Notes: generated by a model not told the origin, from the sequence alone. Shown: positions 48,971 through 59,438, counted from the first letter of the stretch. The stretch: 64,000 nt of DNA from an uncultured Gammaproteobacteria bacterium (GCA_964411255.1 CAYPKD010000006.1:3097-67096), one strand, 5' to 3'. Program-made: numbers and translations.

Positions 48971-50362
48971 ATGGCTGATGATAAGCTTTCTAAAATTCCC
49001 CCACAAAATTTAGAAGCAGAACAATCGCTTCTTGGCTCTCTTTTAATTGATAAAGATGCTTTTTTAAAAATAGCTGACATTATTGAGCCAGAAGATTTTT
49101 ATCGAGACAGGCATCGCATTATCTTTGAACAAATGCGCAAACTATATTCGAATCAAGAACCGATTGATTTTTTAACATTAAGTAATAAATTAGAAGAAAA
49201 CAATCTTTTGGAAAACATAGGAGGAAGAAGCTATCTGACTCAGCTATCAAACGCTGTCCCAACATCAAGCCATATAGTTCATTATTCAAAAATAATACAA
49301 AAAAAAGCAACCCGCCGAAGATTGTTAAACGCTGCTACTGAAATTACGGAAATTGGCTATGATGAAGAACGGGAAGTTGATAAATTACTGGACATGGCTG
49401 AACAAAAACTTTTTTCAGTATCGCAAAAACATTTAAAAAAATCATTTGTCCCAATAGATGATATCCTAAACGAGGCCTTTGACAGAATTGATGATATTCA
49501 CAAAGGGGAAGGTAAACTACGTGGCATACCAACAGGGTTTGGAGATTTAGATAATCTGCTCGGTGGTCTGCAAAAATCTGATTTAGTAATATTAGCGGCC
49601 AGACCTTCAGTAGGAAAAACATCTCTGGCGCTAGACATTGCGCGTCAGGCTGCGATAAAATCAAAGACACCGGTTGGCTTATTCAGTCTGGAAATGTCAA
49701 AAGAGCAGCTGGTTGACCGACTGCTCTGTTCAGAAGCAAATGTTGATTTATGGAAAATGAGAACTGGCAAACTTTCTGACAGAGAAGAAGATGATGATTT
49801 TCCAAGAATAGGTCATGCAATGGGAATTTTATCAGAGGCTCCAATTTATATTGATGATTCAGCAATGTGCAATGTAATTGATATTCGAACCAAAGCCCGC
49901 CGGCTTCAGGCAGAGCATGGGCTAGGATTAATAATAATTGACTATCTCCAATTGATGGAAAGTCGTGCAAATGCAGAAAGCCGAGTACAGGCAGTTGCTG
50001 AAATTACCAGAGCCCTAAAAGGTATTGCGCGTGAGCTTGATATTCCTGTACTGGCATTATCTCAGCTATCTCGTGCTGTTGAAATGAGTAAACCGGCCAT
50101 ACCAAAATTAGCTCATCTTAGAGAATCCGGGTCAATTGAGCAGGATGCTGATATTGTGATGTTTATTTACAGAAAAATGGTTGATAAAAATTACACACCA
50201 GAACAAATTTCTCCAGATGAAAAAAATATTGCAGAAATTCATCTTGCAAAACACAGAAATGGTCCAACCGGTCTGATAAAACTATTTTTTCAGGAACAAA
50301 CAGCCAGTTTTAAAAACTTAGGAAAAAATGTACAAAATATGACTCCGCCTCCACCGCAATAG
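48971..50362 (+). CDS. dnaB: Replicative DNA helicase
   Basis: PPQNLEAEQSLLG, AARPSVGKT, FSLEMS, IDYLQL, LSQLSR, LRESGSIEQDAD, KHRNGPTG. Confidence 0.98.
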   Translation: MADDKLSKIPPQNLEAEQSLLGSLLIDKDAFLKIADIIEPEDFYRDRHRIIFEQMRKLYSNQEPIDFLTLSNKLEENNLLENIGGRSYLTQLSNAVPTSSHIVHYSKIIQKKATRRRLLNAATEITEIGYDEEREVDKLLDMAEQKLFSVSQKHLKKSFVPIDDILNEAFDRIDDIHKGEGKLRGIPTGFGDLDNLLGGLQKSDLVILAARPSVGKTSLALDIARQAAIKSKTPVGLFSLEMSKEQLVDRLLCSEANVDLWKMRTGKLSDREEDDDFPRIGHAMGILSEAPIYIDDSAMCNVIDIRTKARRLQAEHGLGLIIIDYLQLMESRANAESRVQAVAEITRALKGIARELDIPVLALSQLSRAVEMSKPAIPKLAHLRESGSIEQDADIVMFIYRKMVDKNYTPEQISPDEKNIAEIHLAKHRNGPTGLIKLFFQEQTASFKNLGKNVQNMTPPPPQ

Positions 50363-50405
50363 TCATATATCATTACCCTTTATTCATTACTCAGTACCAA
50401 CAACT

Positions 50406-50681
50406 ATGTCATTCTTCAATCAAATCAAACAGATGAAACAACTCCAAGCTCAAATGGCCCAGGAATCTACAGAAGGTTCTGCTGGGCATGGCAAAGTAAC
50501 TGTTACTATCAATGGCGTTCAGGAGATTTTGGATGTACAGATAGATGAGAGTCTTTTATCTGACAAAGAAAAACTGCAAGATTTAGTAAAAGATGCAGTT
50601 AATGATGCTGTAAAAAAAATCCAGCGCCAGATGGCCACAAAAATGCGCGGCCAAATGGGCGGTGAACTTCCTGGAATGTAA
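50406..50681 (+). CDS. ybaB: YbaB/EbfC nucleoid-associated protein
   Basis: GSAGHGKVTVTING, LQDLVKDAVNDA; directly upstream of recR. Confidence 0.9.
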   Translation: MSFFNQIKQMKQLQAQMAQESTEGSAGHGKVTVTINGVQEILDVQIDESLLSDKEKLQDLVKDAVNDAVKKIQRQMATKMRGQMGGELPGM

Positions 50682-50698
50682 GCCCCGCTGACTTGCAT

Positions 50699-50724
50699 GT
50701 CATCCCCGCGAAAGCGGGGATCCA
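50699..50724. repeat. REP-like palindrome
   Basis: GTCATCCCCGCGAAAGCGGGGATCCA; related copies at about 46459 and 63104. Confidence 0.7.
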
Positions 50725-50763
50725 CAAATTAGTGTTGAATGAACTTACGCAGCGGCCAATTAT

Positions 50764-51369
50764 ATGGTTATCTACCCAACTGAAATAGAAAACCTAATCG
50801 ATAAATTCAATCAACTTCCTGGCATTGGCAGAAAAACTTCAGAGAAGTTTGTTTTTTATTTACTCAGGCAAAATCCACAATTTTTAAATCAATTCGCAGA
50901 TAGCATTTTAAATCTGCAAAAAAACCTGAACTTTTGCCAAACATGCGGCAATTTCTCTGGGACGAAAACTCTTTGTGATATTTGCTCTGATGAAAGAAGA
51001 GACAAATCAATGATTTGCATCGTTGAAGATGTACAGGACCTAGCAGTCATTGAATCAACCAAAGAGTATCGCGGAGTCTATCATGTTCTCGGTGGTCAAA
51101 TAAATCCGCTCGAAGGCATTACTCCTGAAAAGCTTAACATTCAAAAACTGATTGACCGGGTAAAAAAAGAAAAATTTTCAGAAATAATTTTAGCATTAAA
51201 TCCTGACATTCAGGGCGAAGCCACCTCGCTTTATTTATTAAAACTTTTCAAACCATTAGACATAAAATTCACTAAACTGGCCCGCGGCCTGCCAATGGGC
51301 AGTGATTTAGAATATACTGATGAAACCACTTTGACAAATGCGCTTAAGGGGCGGCAGGAGGTTAAATAG
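50764..51369 (+). CDS. recR: Recombination mediator RecR
   Basis: LPGIGRKT, CQTC...CDIC, YHVLGG, EGEAT-like QGEAT, LARGLPMG.DLEY.DE.TL. Confidence 0.96.
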   Translation: MVIYPTEIENLIDKFNQLPGIGRKTSEKFVFYLLRQNPQFLNQFADSILNLQKNLNFCQTCGNFSGTKTLCDICSDERRDKSMICIVEDVQDLAVIESTKEYRGVYHVLGGQINPLEGITPEKLNIQKLIDRVKKEKFSEIILALNPDIQGEATSLYLLKLFKPLDIKFTKLARGLPMGSDLEYTDETTLTNALKGRQEVK

Positions 51370-51495
51370 TGAAATGTTTTACAATATTTTTTTAAAAAAA
51401 AAGAACGTTCATTGAACGTCCAAATAGTATGTTGGGGCTGCCGCATCGCTCACCCGAAGTTAATATTCGCATAATAGGTCTTGGCAATTCAGGGT

Positions 51496-51762
51496 TTATT
51501 CCCTTTCCTGATCCCACAGACTGTTCAGATCGCGGGTTTCACCCATATGAGATGATGTTCCTTGTTTACATGCTCTTTGTATACGCTTGTCGATTACGCG
51601 ATTATACCGTTCGATAGTCTCGCATACAGCTTCCTTAAGTATCCATTCGCGCAATTCTTTTTCTGACATCTCATTAGAGATATAAGATTCAGAATTATCC
51701 GACCAAACCCTAAATCGCAATTCTCCATTCTCGGTCTTTCGGGCATGAATGCAATTTGACAT
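51496..51762 (-). CDS. Hypothetical protein
   Basis: 88-aa ORF, AGGAAG upstream, TTGACA promoter candidates. Confidence 0.6.
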   Translation of the reverse strand: MSNCIHARKTENGELRFRVWSDNSESYISNEMSEKELREWILKEAVCETIERYNRVIDKRIQRACKQGTSSHMGETRDLNSLWDQERE

Positions 51763-51964
51763 AACTGCTTCCTATTGTTGAATGAATGTACTTTTTTGTC
51801 AAAAAATCTTGACGTTTAAGTATTACATATTATTAATATATATGTCAATAGTAAATAACAAAAACTCGAAGCAACAAAAGATATTAAAATTGTTTATGTG
51901 CCAATAAAAGAGCTTGATAAAAAAAGCCCGGCGGGAAATTCCACGCGGGGCTAAACTTGAGGAG

Positions 51965-52078
51965 TTAAGGCCGCTTACTTTTTACGTAAGCATCAGCCAT
52001 ATCTTTCCAAGTGGCATCCTCGGGCAGACCACGACGGACTGCCGCCTCTTTGCGGTGCTTTTCTTCTGAGTCAGACAT
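51965..52078 (-). CDS. 37-aa microprotein (not in the ORF track)
   Basis: SD GGAGGG-AATT-ATG; MSDSEEKHRKEAAVRRGLPEDATWKDMADAYVKSKRP; followed by terminator at about 51919-51952. Confidence 0.55.
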   Translation of the reverse strand: MSDSEEKHRKEAAVRRGLPEDATWKDMADAYVKSKRP

Positions 52079-52108
52079 AATTCCCTCCATATTTCATTTA
52101 GATATCTG

Positions 52109-52432
52109 TCAGCTCAGGACACCGCAGGATCCGAAATTCGGAATCCAAAGAAGGACGCACGGCCAATTCTTCAGGAGATTACGCTTTGGAGTTAGATGCA
52201 CAAGCGTGCCATCACAGAACTCAGTGACTTGCGCCACCTGTCCGCTCAGGATCTCCCAACGCCCGAGGAAACGGCATGGCACAGTGAAGTGCCTGTCCTT
52301 GCGTACCATGTTACGGAAGTTGACCCTCTCCAGAAAAGATCTCCGAACCCCAATGAAGAGGCTTTCGGGATTTCTGGGTCGACCGCTCGTGTCGAGACGT
52401 TCACGTATTGCCTGTTCTGCTGTATAAGACAT
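52109..52432 (-). CDS. Hypothetical protein
   Basis: SD GGAGGG; upstream TTGACA..TATAAT (about 52486-52514). Confidence 0.6.
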   Translation of the reverse strand: MSYTAEQAIRERLDTSGRPRNPESLFIGVRRSFLERVNFRNMVRKDRHFTVPCRFLGRWEILSGQVAQVTEFCDGTLVHLTPKRNLLKNWPCVLLWIPNFGSCGVLS

Positions 52433-52623
52433 TCTCTCCCTCCATTGAGGTAAATGCCGGCTGGTGAATTCCAGACGGATATCCCATTATATCATAAAAT
52501 ACTTATTTTGTCAACCTTAATCACACAAGCACGATGTGTTCATGTTATGTTATAATAGTTACATATAATGGTTAATTATATAAAATGCCATTAATTTTTT
52601 TATATACATAACATATATTTACT

Positions 52624-53421
52624 ATGAAAAAAATGTTAATAATTTCAACTATTAAAGATCTATCCATTCCTCTGTTTCTAACGCAAAAAATACAAAAAAA
52701 AATAAATGTGGATTTTTGTTTTTTTCATGAAAGCACTGATGAAATTAAAAAAAAGTTAGTTGCTAATAACTATAATTATATTTATATTAGAGATCCTTTT
52801 AATTATGTTTATGATAAGGGTAATATTGAAGAAAAATTTAATGTTATTTTAAATAATCGAAAGAAAAGTTATCTGGTTGATAATCTTAAAATATTGGATG
52901 ACATCTATTTTGAGGATAAATGGAAACAGTACCAATTGTTTGAGGAATTTATGCCAAAGACAAAACTCTTAACAAACACTAAGGATGTTGATAATTCTAG
53001 GCTGATTACCAAACAAAGGATTTCAAGCAGAGCAAAAGGAATAGTCTTTAATTCTAAAGATATGGTTAGTGACAATCTGTCAGATTATATAATTCAGAAA
53101 AAAATCAAAATAGATGAGGAATATCGTGTTTATGTTATTTTTAATAAAATAATCAAAGAAGCATCGCTAAAAAGTCCAAAAACTCAACACTCAAAGGTAA
53201 AAGTGATTGGTTATAAAAAGATATCTACTAAAATAACAAATTTTGTAAACAATATAATTAAGCAAAATAAATTTGATTTTATTGGTTTAGATATAGCAAA
53301 AAGTAAGAATAATTTATATTTATTAGAAGTTAACAGAAGCTGTTTATTCAATGGATATTTTAGTAACAATCAAATTAATTTAGCAGAAACATTTATTGAT
53401 AAACTTTTGAAAAAGAATTGA
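52624..53421 (+). CDS. ATP-grasp (RimK-like) protein
   Basis: EDKWKQY, MPKT, SSRAKGI, YIIQKKI, EYRVYV, FIGLD, LLEVN. Confidence 0.8.
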   Translation: MKKMLIISTIKDLSIPLFLTQKIQKKINVDFCFFHESTDEIKKKLVANNYNYIYIRDPFNYVYDKGNIEEKFNVILNNRKKSYLVDNLKILDDIYFEDKWKQYQLFEEFMPKTKLLTNTKDVDNSRLITKQRISSRAKGIVFNSKDMVSDNLSDYIIQKKIKIDEEYRVYVIFNKIIKEASLKSPKTQHSKVKVIGYKKISTKITNFVNNIIKQNKFDFIGLDIAKSKNNLYLLEVNRSCLFNGYFSNNQINLAETFIDKLLKKN

Positions 53422-53429
53422 TTCATTCT

Positions 53430-53651
53430 ATGAGTTTAGAAAAACCAAGCACTCAAAAACAAAAAATGAGTTTTGATCAACTTCAGGATTTTGTAAACGA
53501 CCCCGCTCTTGATTTACCAGAACTAAGAAGAGACTTGTCAAAACCAGAAAATCTAAAATGGTTAATCCAAAACATTGGTATTCGAAATAATGTCCCCAGA
53601 AAGATTGTTATCAGACTTAAAAAAGAATTTATTAAAGCAATGGAAAAATAA
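53430..53651 (+). CDS. Small hypothetical protein
   Basis: In frame between operon neighbours; LDLPELRRD..NLKWL.QN.GIRN. Confidence 0.6.
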   Translation: MSLEKPSTQKQKMSFDQLQDFVNDPALDLPELRRDLSKPENLKWLIQNIGIRNNVPRKIVIRLKKEFIKAMEK

Positions 53652-53688
53652 ATTAAACAATGTTTTTTTGTTTATCCAACTTTCATTT

Positions 53689-54930
53689 ATGAAAAACAGC
53701 AGATACAACTTAGCTGTAATTGGCGGCGGACCAGCTGGCATGATTGCTGCCGGACGTGCGGGAGAACTTGGCTCCCGTGTTATTTTGCTTGAAAAAAACG
53801 AACAGCTGGGAACAAAACTTTTAATCACTGGCAAAGGCAGATGTAATATCACTAACGCAGAAGATGATTTAAAAAAAATAATAAATATTTACGGAATAAA
53901 TGGAAAATTCTTATACTCTGCTTTAAACAAATTTTCTAATAAGGACACAGTGGATTTTTTTGAAAACCATGGAATTAAAACAAAAGTGGAAAGAGGCAAC
54001 AGAGTCTTCCCGGCGTCAGATAATGCTAAAGATATTCTAAATTGTTTAACAAAATATTTAAAAGATAATAATGTTACGATCAAATTTAACAGCGCAGTTG
54101 ATAAAATACTTATCAGTAATGAAAACAAAATCAAAAAACTTATCCTGAAAAACAGCAAAGAAATTATTGCAGATAATTATGTCATTGCCACTGGAGGAAA
54201 ATCATATCCTAAAACCGGCTCCACCGGTGATGCATACAAATGGCTAAAAAAACTTGGTCATACCATAGTAACGCCAAAGCCAGCGCTTTCCCCTATTATG
54301 GTCAAAGAAAAAATTGTAAAAGAACTTGAAGGTTTGAGTTTAAAAAATGTAGAAGTAAGCTTATGGAAAAAACGCAAGATTGAGGCATGTTTTGGGGAGG
54401 CATTATTCACCGCCAATGGTTTAAGTGGGCCAACAGTATTAAATTTAAGTAAAAAAATAAATGAATGCAAAACGAATAATTTAAAAATAAAAATAGACTT
54501 TAAACCTGCGCTTGACTACCCTACTTTGGACAAAAGAATCCAAAGAGATTTTGCAGAACAGAGCAACAAACAATTTAAAAATAGCTTAGACAAATTGCTA
54601 CCTAAAAAGCTTATCCCTGTTATCATAAAATTATCTGGAGTTGATAAAAATAAGAAAATAAATGAAATAACAAAAATTGAAAGGAAAAAGATTGTTAAAC
54701 TATTGAAGGAATTTGAACTTAATGTTAAATGTCTGGTCGGTTTTGAAAAAGCGATTATAACTTCAGGCGGCGTGGCTTTAAAAGAAGTAGATCCAAAAAC
54801 AATGAAATCAAAAATTATAAACAACTTATATTTTGCCGGTGAAATTTTAAATATCGACGGGCCAACTGGCGGATACAATCTGCAAGTTGCCTGGAGTACA
54901 GGATATTTAGCAGGTGAAAATAAATTTTAA
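53689..54930 (+). CDS. BaiN/YhiN (HI0933) family NAD(P)/FAD-dependent oxidoreductase
   Basis: IGGGPAG, TGKGRCNITN, ATGGKSYPKTGSTGD, GGYNLQVAWSTG; start MKNSRY at 53689. Confidence 0.92.
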   Translation: MKNSRYNLAVIGGGPAGMIAAGRAGELGSRVILLEKNEQLGTKLLITGKGRCNITNAEDDLKKIINIYGINGKFLYSALNKFSNKDTVDFFENHGIKTKVERGNRVFPASDNAKDILNCLTKYLKDNNVTIKFNSAVDKILISNENKIKKLILKNSKEIIADNYVIATGGKSYPKTGSTGDAYKWLKKLGHTIVTPKPALSPIMVKEKIVKELEGLSLKNVEVSLWKKRKIEACFGEALFTANGLSGPTVLNLSKKINECKTNNLKIKIDFKPALDYPTLDKRIQRDFAEQSNKQFKNSLDKLLPKKLIPVIIKLSGVDKNKKINEITKIERKKIVKLLKEFELNVKCLVGFEKAIITSGGVALKEVDPKTMKSKIINNLYFAGEILNIDGPTGGYNLQVAWSTGYLAGENKF

Positions 54931-54963
54931 AAACCTCTGTTCTTCAGAAATTCCCTTAATCAA

Positions 54964-55242
54964 ATGACACAAACAAATACGTTAAAAAATTTGCAGACAA
55001 TTCCAGGGGTTGGCAAAAGCCTTGCAGAAAAATTTTGGGATATTGGAATAAAAAAATTCTCAGATCTAAAAGGCAAGGATCCAGAAAAATTATTTTTTAA
55101 AATTTGCGCTAAACAAGGTTATCAGGTTGATCGCTGCGTTCTTTATGTCTGCCGCTGCGCGGTTTATTTTGCTCAAACAAAAAATCCTGATCCGGGAAAA
55201 TTAAAGTGGTGGAATTGGAAAGATAAAAAACTCATGATATAA
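54964..55242 (+). CDS. Helix-hairpin-helix protein, Cdd1/pathogenicity-locus family
   Basis: LQTIPGVGKS, DLKGKDPEKL, DRCVLYVCRCAVY, KWWNWKD. Confidence 0.85.
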   Translation: MTQTNTLKNLQTIPGVGKSLAEKFWDIGIKKFSDLKGKDPEKLFFKICAKQGYQVDRCVLYVCRCAVYFAQTKNPDPGKLKWWNWKDKKLMI

Positions 55243-55280
55243 TACAATCAAATGTATTAATTCTAACTTTACTAAATAAT

Positions 55281-55544
55281 ATGAAAAATCCATTTGAATC
55301 GTTATTTAAACGAGAAAACCAAGAAACATTAAAAACAGAAGATTTACCTTCTCCGATTATGGAAGAACTTAAACGCCATTCAATCGTTCCTGACGATATC
55401 ACAAAAATTACGGTGAATAATAGTATCCAACATATTGACGGAAGACAATTTTATAAAATTAAATTAAAAGATGGGCGTACAGTAAAAGTGGATTTTATTG
55501 GAGAAGGATATATTGTTGAAAAATTTGCCATTGAAGACAAATAA
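55281..55544 (+). CDS. Hypothetical protein
   Basis: 87-aa ORF co-oriented with neighbours. Confidence 0.6.
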   Translation: MKNPFESLFKRENQETLKTEDLPSPIMEELKRHSIVPDDITKITVNNSIQHIDGRQFYKIKLKDGRTVKVDFIGEGYIVEKFAIEDK

Positions 55545-55605
55545 AAATTTGTTTTTACCTTTTAACTTAATTAAAAAACCGCACAAATATTATTGTGTGG
55601 TTTCT

Positions 55606-55968
55606 TTATTCCTCTTCTTTTTGCTTTAATCCCATTCTCTCCATAGAGATTGGGCAAAGCCTCTTTGGAAAAATCTGAAGGCTGTCAAGCAGCATATCCA
55701 AATATTTCCTTAAAACAGGAATAGGCACATTATTTCTGGTAGTAACTTCTTCATCAATTTCAATAGTAACTTTGAAAGTAGTGCCTGAGTCACCTGTTGA
55801 ATGAATATCCAGTTCAGCCAGATTCATCATTGGCCTTTTTTTATTTGAACTCTCTCTTGCTAAATCAAGTTCATCCAATACCTTATTTAAATCATTATCA
55901 TTACTGTTCACCAGCGCAGTCACGCCTGCCAGCGCTTTATGGCTGATGCCTTCAAGAGTGATCTTCAT
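55606..55968 (-). CDS. Hypothetical protein (distant paralogue of 56076..56396)
   Basis: SD GGAGGT before MKITLEG at 55968; upstream TTGACA..TATAAT. Confidence 0.65.
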   Translation of the reverse strand: MKITLEGISHKALAGVTALVNSNDNDLNKVLDELDLARESSNKKRPMMNLAELDIHSTGDSGTTFKVTIEIDEEVTTRNNVPIPVLRKYLDMLLDSLQIFPKRLCPISMERMGLKQKEEE

Positions 55969-56075
55969 GGCAAATACCTCCGTTTTTGTTGCCAAAAGAG
56001 TAACAATTCATTATACAACACTTATTAAATTTTGTCAATGGGAAGGTAGATTCGTAGACAAAAAACCACACAAAT

Positions 56076-56396
56076 TTATTGCGTGGATCTTTCATCCTCA
56101 TCATCTGATGGGCCTACTTTAAAATCAAAATCTCCAGGTAAAATGTCCAGTATTTCAGATACCGTTTTCAGGATTTCTCTGACAAATTCTTTTGGTACAC
56201 GTCTTGTTCCATGATCTATTGTCTCAACTATATCAACTGAAACTGAAAATGTCTGTGACTCTCTATCAAAAATGCATTCATGTAAAATAACAAGATCCTC
56301 ATCAATCGCTCTTTTCTTATATGTGAGTTTAGGAGCTTGGATATATTCCCATAATACAATCAATTTCGCAAAACTGATTTTCTTTTCAATTCTCAT
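56076..56396 (-). CDS. Hypothetical protein (distant paralogue of 55606..55968)
   Basis: SD GAGGAGGG; upstream TTGACG..TAATAT. Confidence 0.65.
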   Translation of the reverse strand: MRIEKKISFAKLIVLWEYIQAPKLTYKKRAIDEDLVILHECIFDRESQTFSVSVDIVETIDHGTRRVPKEFVREILKTVSEILDILPGDFDFKVGPSDDEDERSTQ

Positions 56397-56563
56397 CTCT
56401 TCCCTCCTCTTGCCAAATTGGCCTTCTCAAAATATTAGCAGACATATATAAATACGTCAAAATTAAAAAACCCACGCAACATGTTGCGTGGATTTTGGTT
56501 CCCTATTGACACTCAATTAATTCTATAATATAATAACCGGCTATTTGAAAAGGAGGTAATCTG

Positions 56564-56863
56564 ATGCCAAAAGGAAAAAGCCAATCTGCTAAAAGTCGGG
56601 GCAGGCACACAACATACCTAGATACCAATTGGATGAAAAAATTCGTAAAGAATGCAAAAAAAGAGCCTACTGTTCAAGGTATTAATTTAGGTCCTATTAC
56701 AAAAAAAACAGGCAAGACGAATTATCCGTACAGCGCAAAAAAAGTACATACTGGGATTGAGATAATTGTGTTTGCGTCCAGGCAAAAACAACTGGTGATT
56801 CTGCACACCACATGTCCGAAAAAAACAGCAAAAGCTCTTAAGCTCCAGCTGAAAGGCAGTTGA
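56564..56863 (+). CDS. Basic hypothetical protein (DUF2103-like)
   Basis: SD AAGGAGGT; promoter TTGACA..TATAAT at about 56506-56529; GRHTT, INLGPI, KQLVILHTT. Confidence 0.6.
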   Translation: MPKGKSQSAKSRGRHTTYLDTNWMKKFVKNAKKEPTVQGINLGPITKKTGKTNYPYSAKKVHTGIEIIVFASRQKQLVILHTTCPKKTAKALKLQLKGS

Positions 56864-56926
56864 GGTTAATCATCTCACTATACCAAAAAGACAGGCCCCA
56901 TTTGCCTGTCTTCTTTTTATAAAAAT

Positions 56927-57352
56927 TTATTTTTTTGTTGTAGTCTTTTTAGGAGTAGATTTTTTAGCTGCAGGTTTCTTAGTTGCCGGTTTCTTTGCTA
57001 CAGTTTTTTTCGCCGGTGCTTTCTTAGCTACAGCCTTAGCGCCACCAACACTTAAAATCTTAACTTCAGTATATGGCTGCCGATGGCCTTGCTTTCTTCG
57101 ATATCGAGTTTTACTTTTAAATTTAATAATTGTCACTTTGTTTGCTCTTCCCTGCTCTAAAATTTCAGCTTCAACTTTTTTTGTAACTTTTGGCGTACCA
57201 ACATCAACACTCTTTCCAGCATCATCAGCAATTAATAAAGTTTCAAACTTAACTTTATCGCCTGCTTTGCCTTTAATTTTTTCTATCTTTAATTGTTGGT
57301 TAGGCTTAACTTTATACTGTTTGCCTCCGGTTTTAATTACTGCAATTGACAT
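56927..57352 (-). CDS. rplU: 50S ribosomal protein L21 with Lys/Ala/Pro-rich tail
   Basis: AVIKTGGKQYKV, KQGHRQPYT. Confidence 0.97.
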   Translation of the reverse strand: MSIAVIKTGGKQYKVKPNQQLKIEKIKGKAGDKVKFETLLIADDAGKSVDVGTPKVTKKVEAEILEQGRANKVTIIKFKSKTRYRRKQGHRQPYTEVKILSVGGAKAVAKKAPAKKTVAKKPATKKPAAKKSTPKKTTTKK

Positions 57353-57450
57353 ATTTTTGTAGTGAGTAATGAGTAATGAGTAACGCGTAATTATAAAATT
57401 AATATAACAAGATCGATTATAGCTTGTATTTTAAATTTCGTCAAGTTGTT

Positions 57451-58539
57451 TTAATTGCTTACGCCTTTTATATATATAAATGCCATTACTAACATGAAAA
57501 TTAATAATGCGCCCATTCCTAAGACAAATAATGCCAGGCCTTTCTGCTGTAAATAAAGCCCAACTCCAGCTAAAACCGCAGTGATTGCCCATAAAAACAT
57601 GCTTGCTTTTTTAACACTAAAACCTGCATCTAAAAGCCGGTGATGCAAATGTTTTTTATCTGCCAAACTAAATGATTTTTTATCCATTCTACGTCTGATG
57701 ATTGACCAGGCTACATCTAAAATTGGTAAACTCATTAGCATCAAAGTAACTGTTACTTTGCTGCCTGAAATTATGGACAAAGTTCCTAAAATAAAGCCAG
57801 TATACGTACTACCACCTTCTCCCAGGAAAATAGCCGCTGGATTAAAGTTAAATACTAAAAAGCCAAGGCAAACACCAGCAAAAATTATTGCTAAAAGCGC
57901 TACATCCTGCTGATCTGAGCCAAGAAGCGAAACTGCAAAAATAAATAATGCGCCAACAGTTGTAACACCGGTAACCAAGCCGTCCAGGCCGTCCAATACT
58001 TTTGTGGTATACATCATTCCTATTAACCAGACAAATGTAAAAATGTCAGCCAAAAATGTCACCCGGTACGGAATGCCATGAAACCATAACAAATCTACCT
58101 GATATTTTGCCAAATGCCATAGGCCTTCTCCAAACGGATTTGTTATCCAATCAATTCCAATTCCGCTAATGCCGACTGATAAAACTGCCAAAACTGGCCA
58201 GATAAACTGGTACTTTGGTTTTAAATTATACTTATCATCTAAAATTCCACCAATCATTAAAAATCCACCGCCAATCAGCATTCCCCAAATGTATTTGGTT
58301 AAAATGTGATTTCCAGTCAGTTCAGAGCTAAAATATATGTAGATTAATAAAACAACATTAAAAGCTAAAAAAAGCGCCAGGCCGCCCATTTTGGGCACAG
58401 GCTTTTTATGGATTTTCCTTGGACTGTCAGGTCTATCCAATATTTTTAATTTTTTTGCCACCCACATTACCAATGCTGAAAACACCAAACCTACTAAAAA
58501 AGCAATACTTATGCTGGCAATATAATCATAAGAATTCAT
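57451..58539 (-). CDS. MraY/WecA (glycosyltransferase family 4) undecaprenyl-phosphate GlcNAc-1-P transferase
   Basis: RKIHKKPVPKMGG, GILDD, DGLDGL, FNFNPAAIFLGEGG, DKKHLHHRL. Confidence 0.9.
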   Translation of the reverse strand: MNSYDYIASISIAFLVGLVFSALVMWVAKKLKILDRPDSPRKIHKKPVPKMGGLALFLAFNVVLLIYIYFSSELTGNHILTKYIWGMLIGGGFLMIGGILDDKYNLKPKYQFIWPVLAVLSVGISGIGIDWITNPFGEGLWHLAKYQVDLLWFHGIPYRVTFLADIFTFVWLIGMMYTTKVLDGLDGLVTGVTTVGALFIFAVSLLGSDQQDVALLAIIFAGVCLGFLVFNFNPAAIFLGEGGSTYTGFILGTLSIISGSKVTVTLMLMSLPILDVAWSIIRRRMDKKSFSLADKKHLHHRLLDAGFSVKKASMFLWAITAVLAGVGLYLQQKGLALFVLGMGALLIFMLVMAFIYIKGVSN

Positions 58540-58647
58540 ATTTTGTCTCAATTTTGCAATAAAAATTTAAAAATGTCAAGAAAACACGTATATTTTTACA
58601 TTTTCATAATAAAAAACTTTGCAAAAAGTTGCAAAGCTTAAACTGAA

Positions 58648-59301
58648 TTAAAACTCAAACTGTCTGCAAAGAACAACCCTCACATCTGGATTAGCTATGG
58701 AATCCCAATAGAAGTTAACATCTAGACCACTAACCTCTCCACTGGAATGAAAGCCAATAGTAATATGGTCACCGAAAACTGACCTTGATCTGCCCCAATG
58801 ATACCAATGATCAGTAATTCTTTCACCACTTATCATAAAAACAGTCAATATAGCTTCAGCAAAAACCGCTTCATTACAGCGATCATATTCTTTGACAAGT
58901 CTGTCGATTATCCTTTCCTGCGAATACCAGTCCATATCAGCAAACTGAGGCTTCATATTTACTAAGTAATATTGAGCCTCAGGCCTAATTTTCGCCCAGC
59001 AGTCTTCAAAATACTTAAGCCACCAAACATTGATTGAAAAACCAGGCTGATTCTCTGAATCAACACCCAATTTTTCTCGCTGTTGGTGCAGACTCAATCC
59101 ATTAACAAAAATCAACCGCCAATCAGCTTGATCAGCCCTATTCTGTGTAGCGCAATGGCGCAAAGTTTCTTCAGAATATCGAATTTCAACATCAGCCCGT
59201 ACTTCCAGCTCCCAGGCCTTTGCTGCTTGTTCAGCAGTAATCACCTTATCTTTACCAAAAATTTCAATTGCCAAATCAAGAGCTACTGGATTTTTCATCA
59301 A
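58648..59301 (-). CDS. Hypothetical protein
   Basis: 217-aa ORF, SD AGGAG, upstream TTGACA..TAATGT. Confidence 0.7.
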   Translation of the reverse strand: MMKNPVALDLAIEIFGKDKVITAEQAAKAWELEVRADVEIRYSEETLRHCATQNRADQADWRLIFVNGLSLHQQREKLGVDSENQPGFSINVWWLKYFEDCWAKIRPEAQYYLVNMKPQFADMDWYSQERIIDRLVKEYDRCNEAVFAEAILTVFMISGERITDHWYHWGRSRSVFGDHITIGFHSSGEVSGLDVNFYWDSIANPDVRVVLCRQFEF

Positions 59302-59438
59302 AATACTCCTTTGGCTTGTTTTGTTAAACCTTAATTCAATGCTTTACATTATCAATAACTCAAAAAAATGTCAATCAACAAACAAAAAAACGCATTTCTG
59401 CATTATTTTGTTACAAGCTACAAGTTACAAGATACAAG

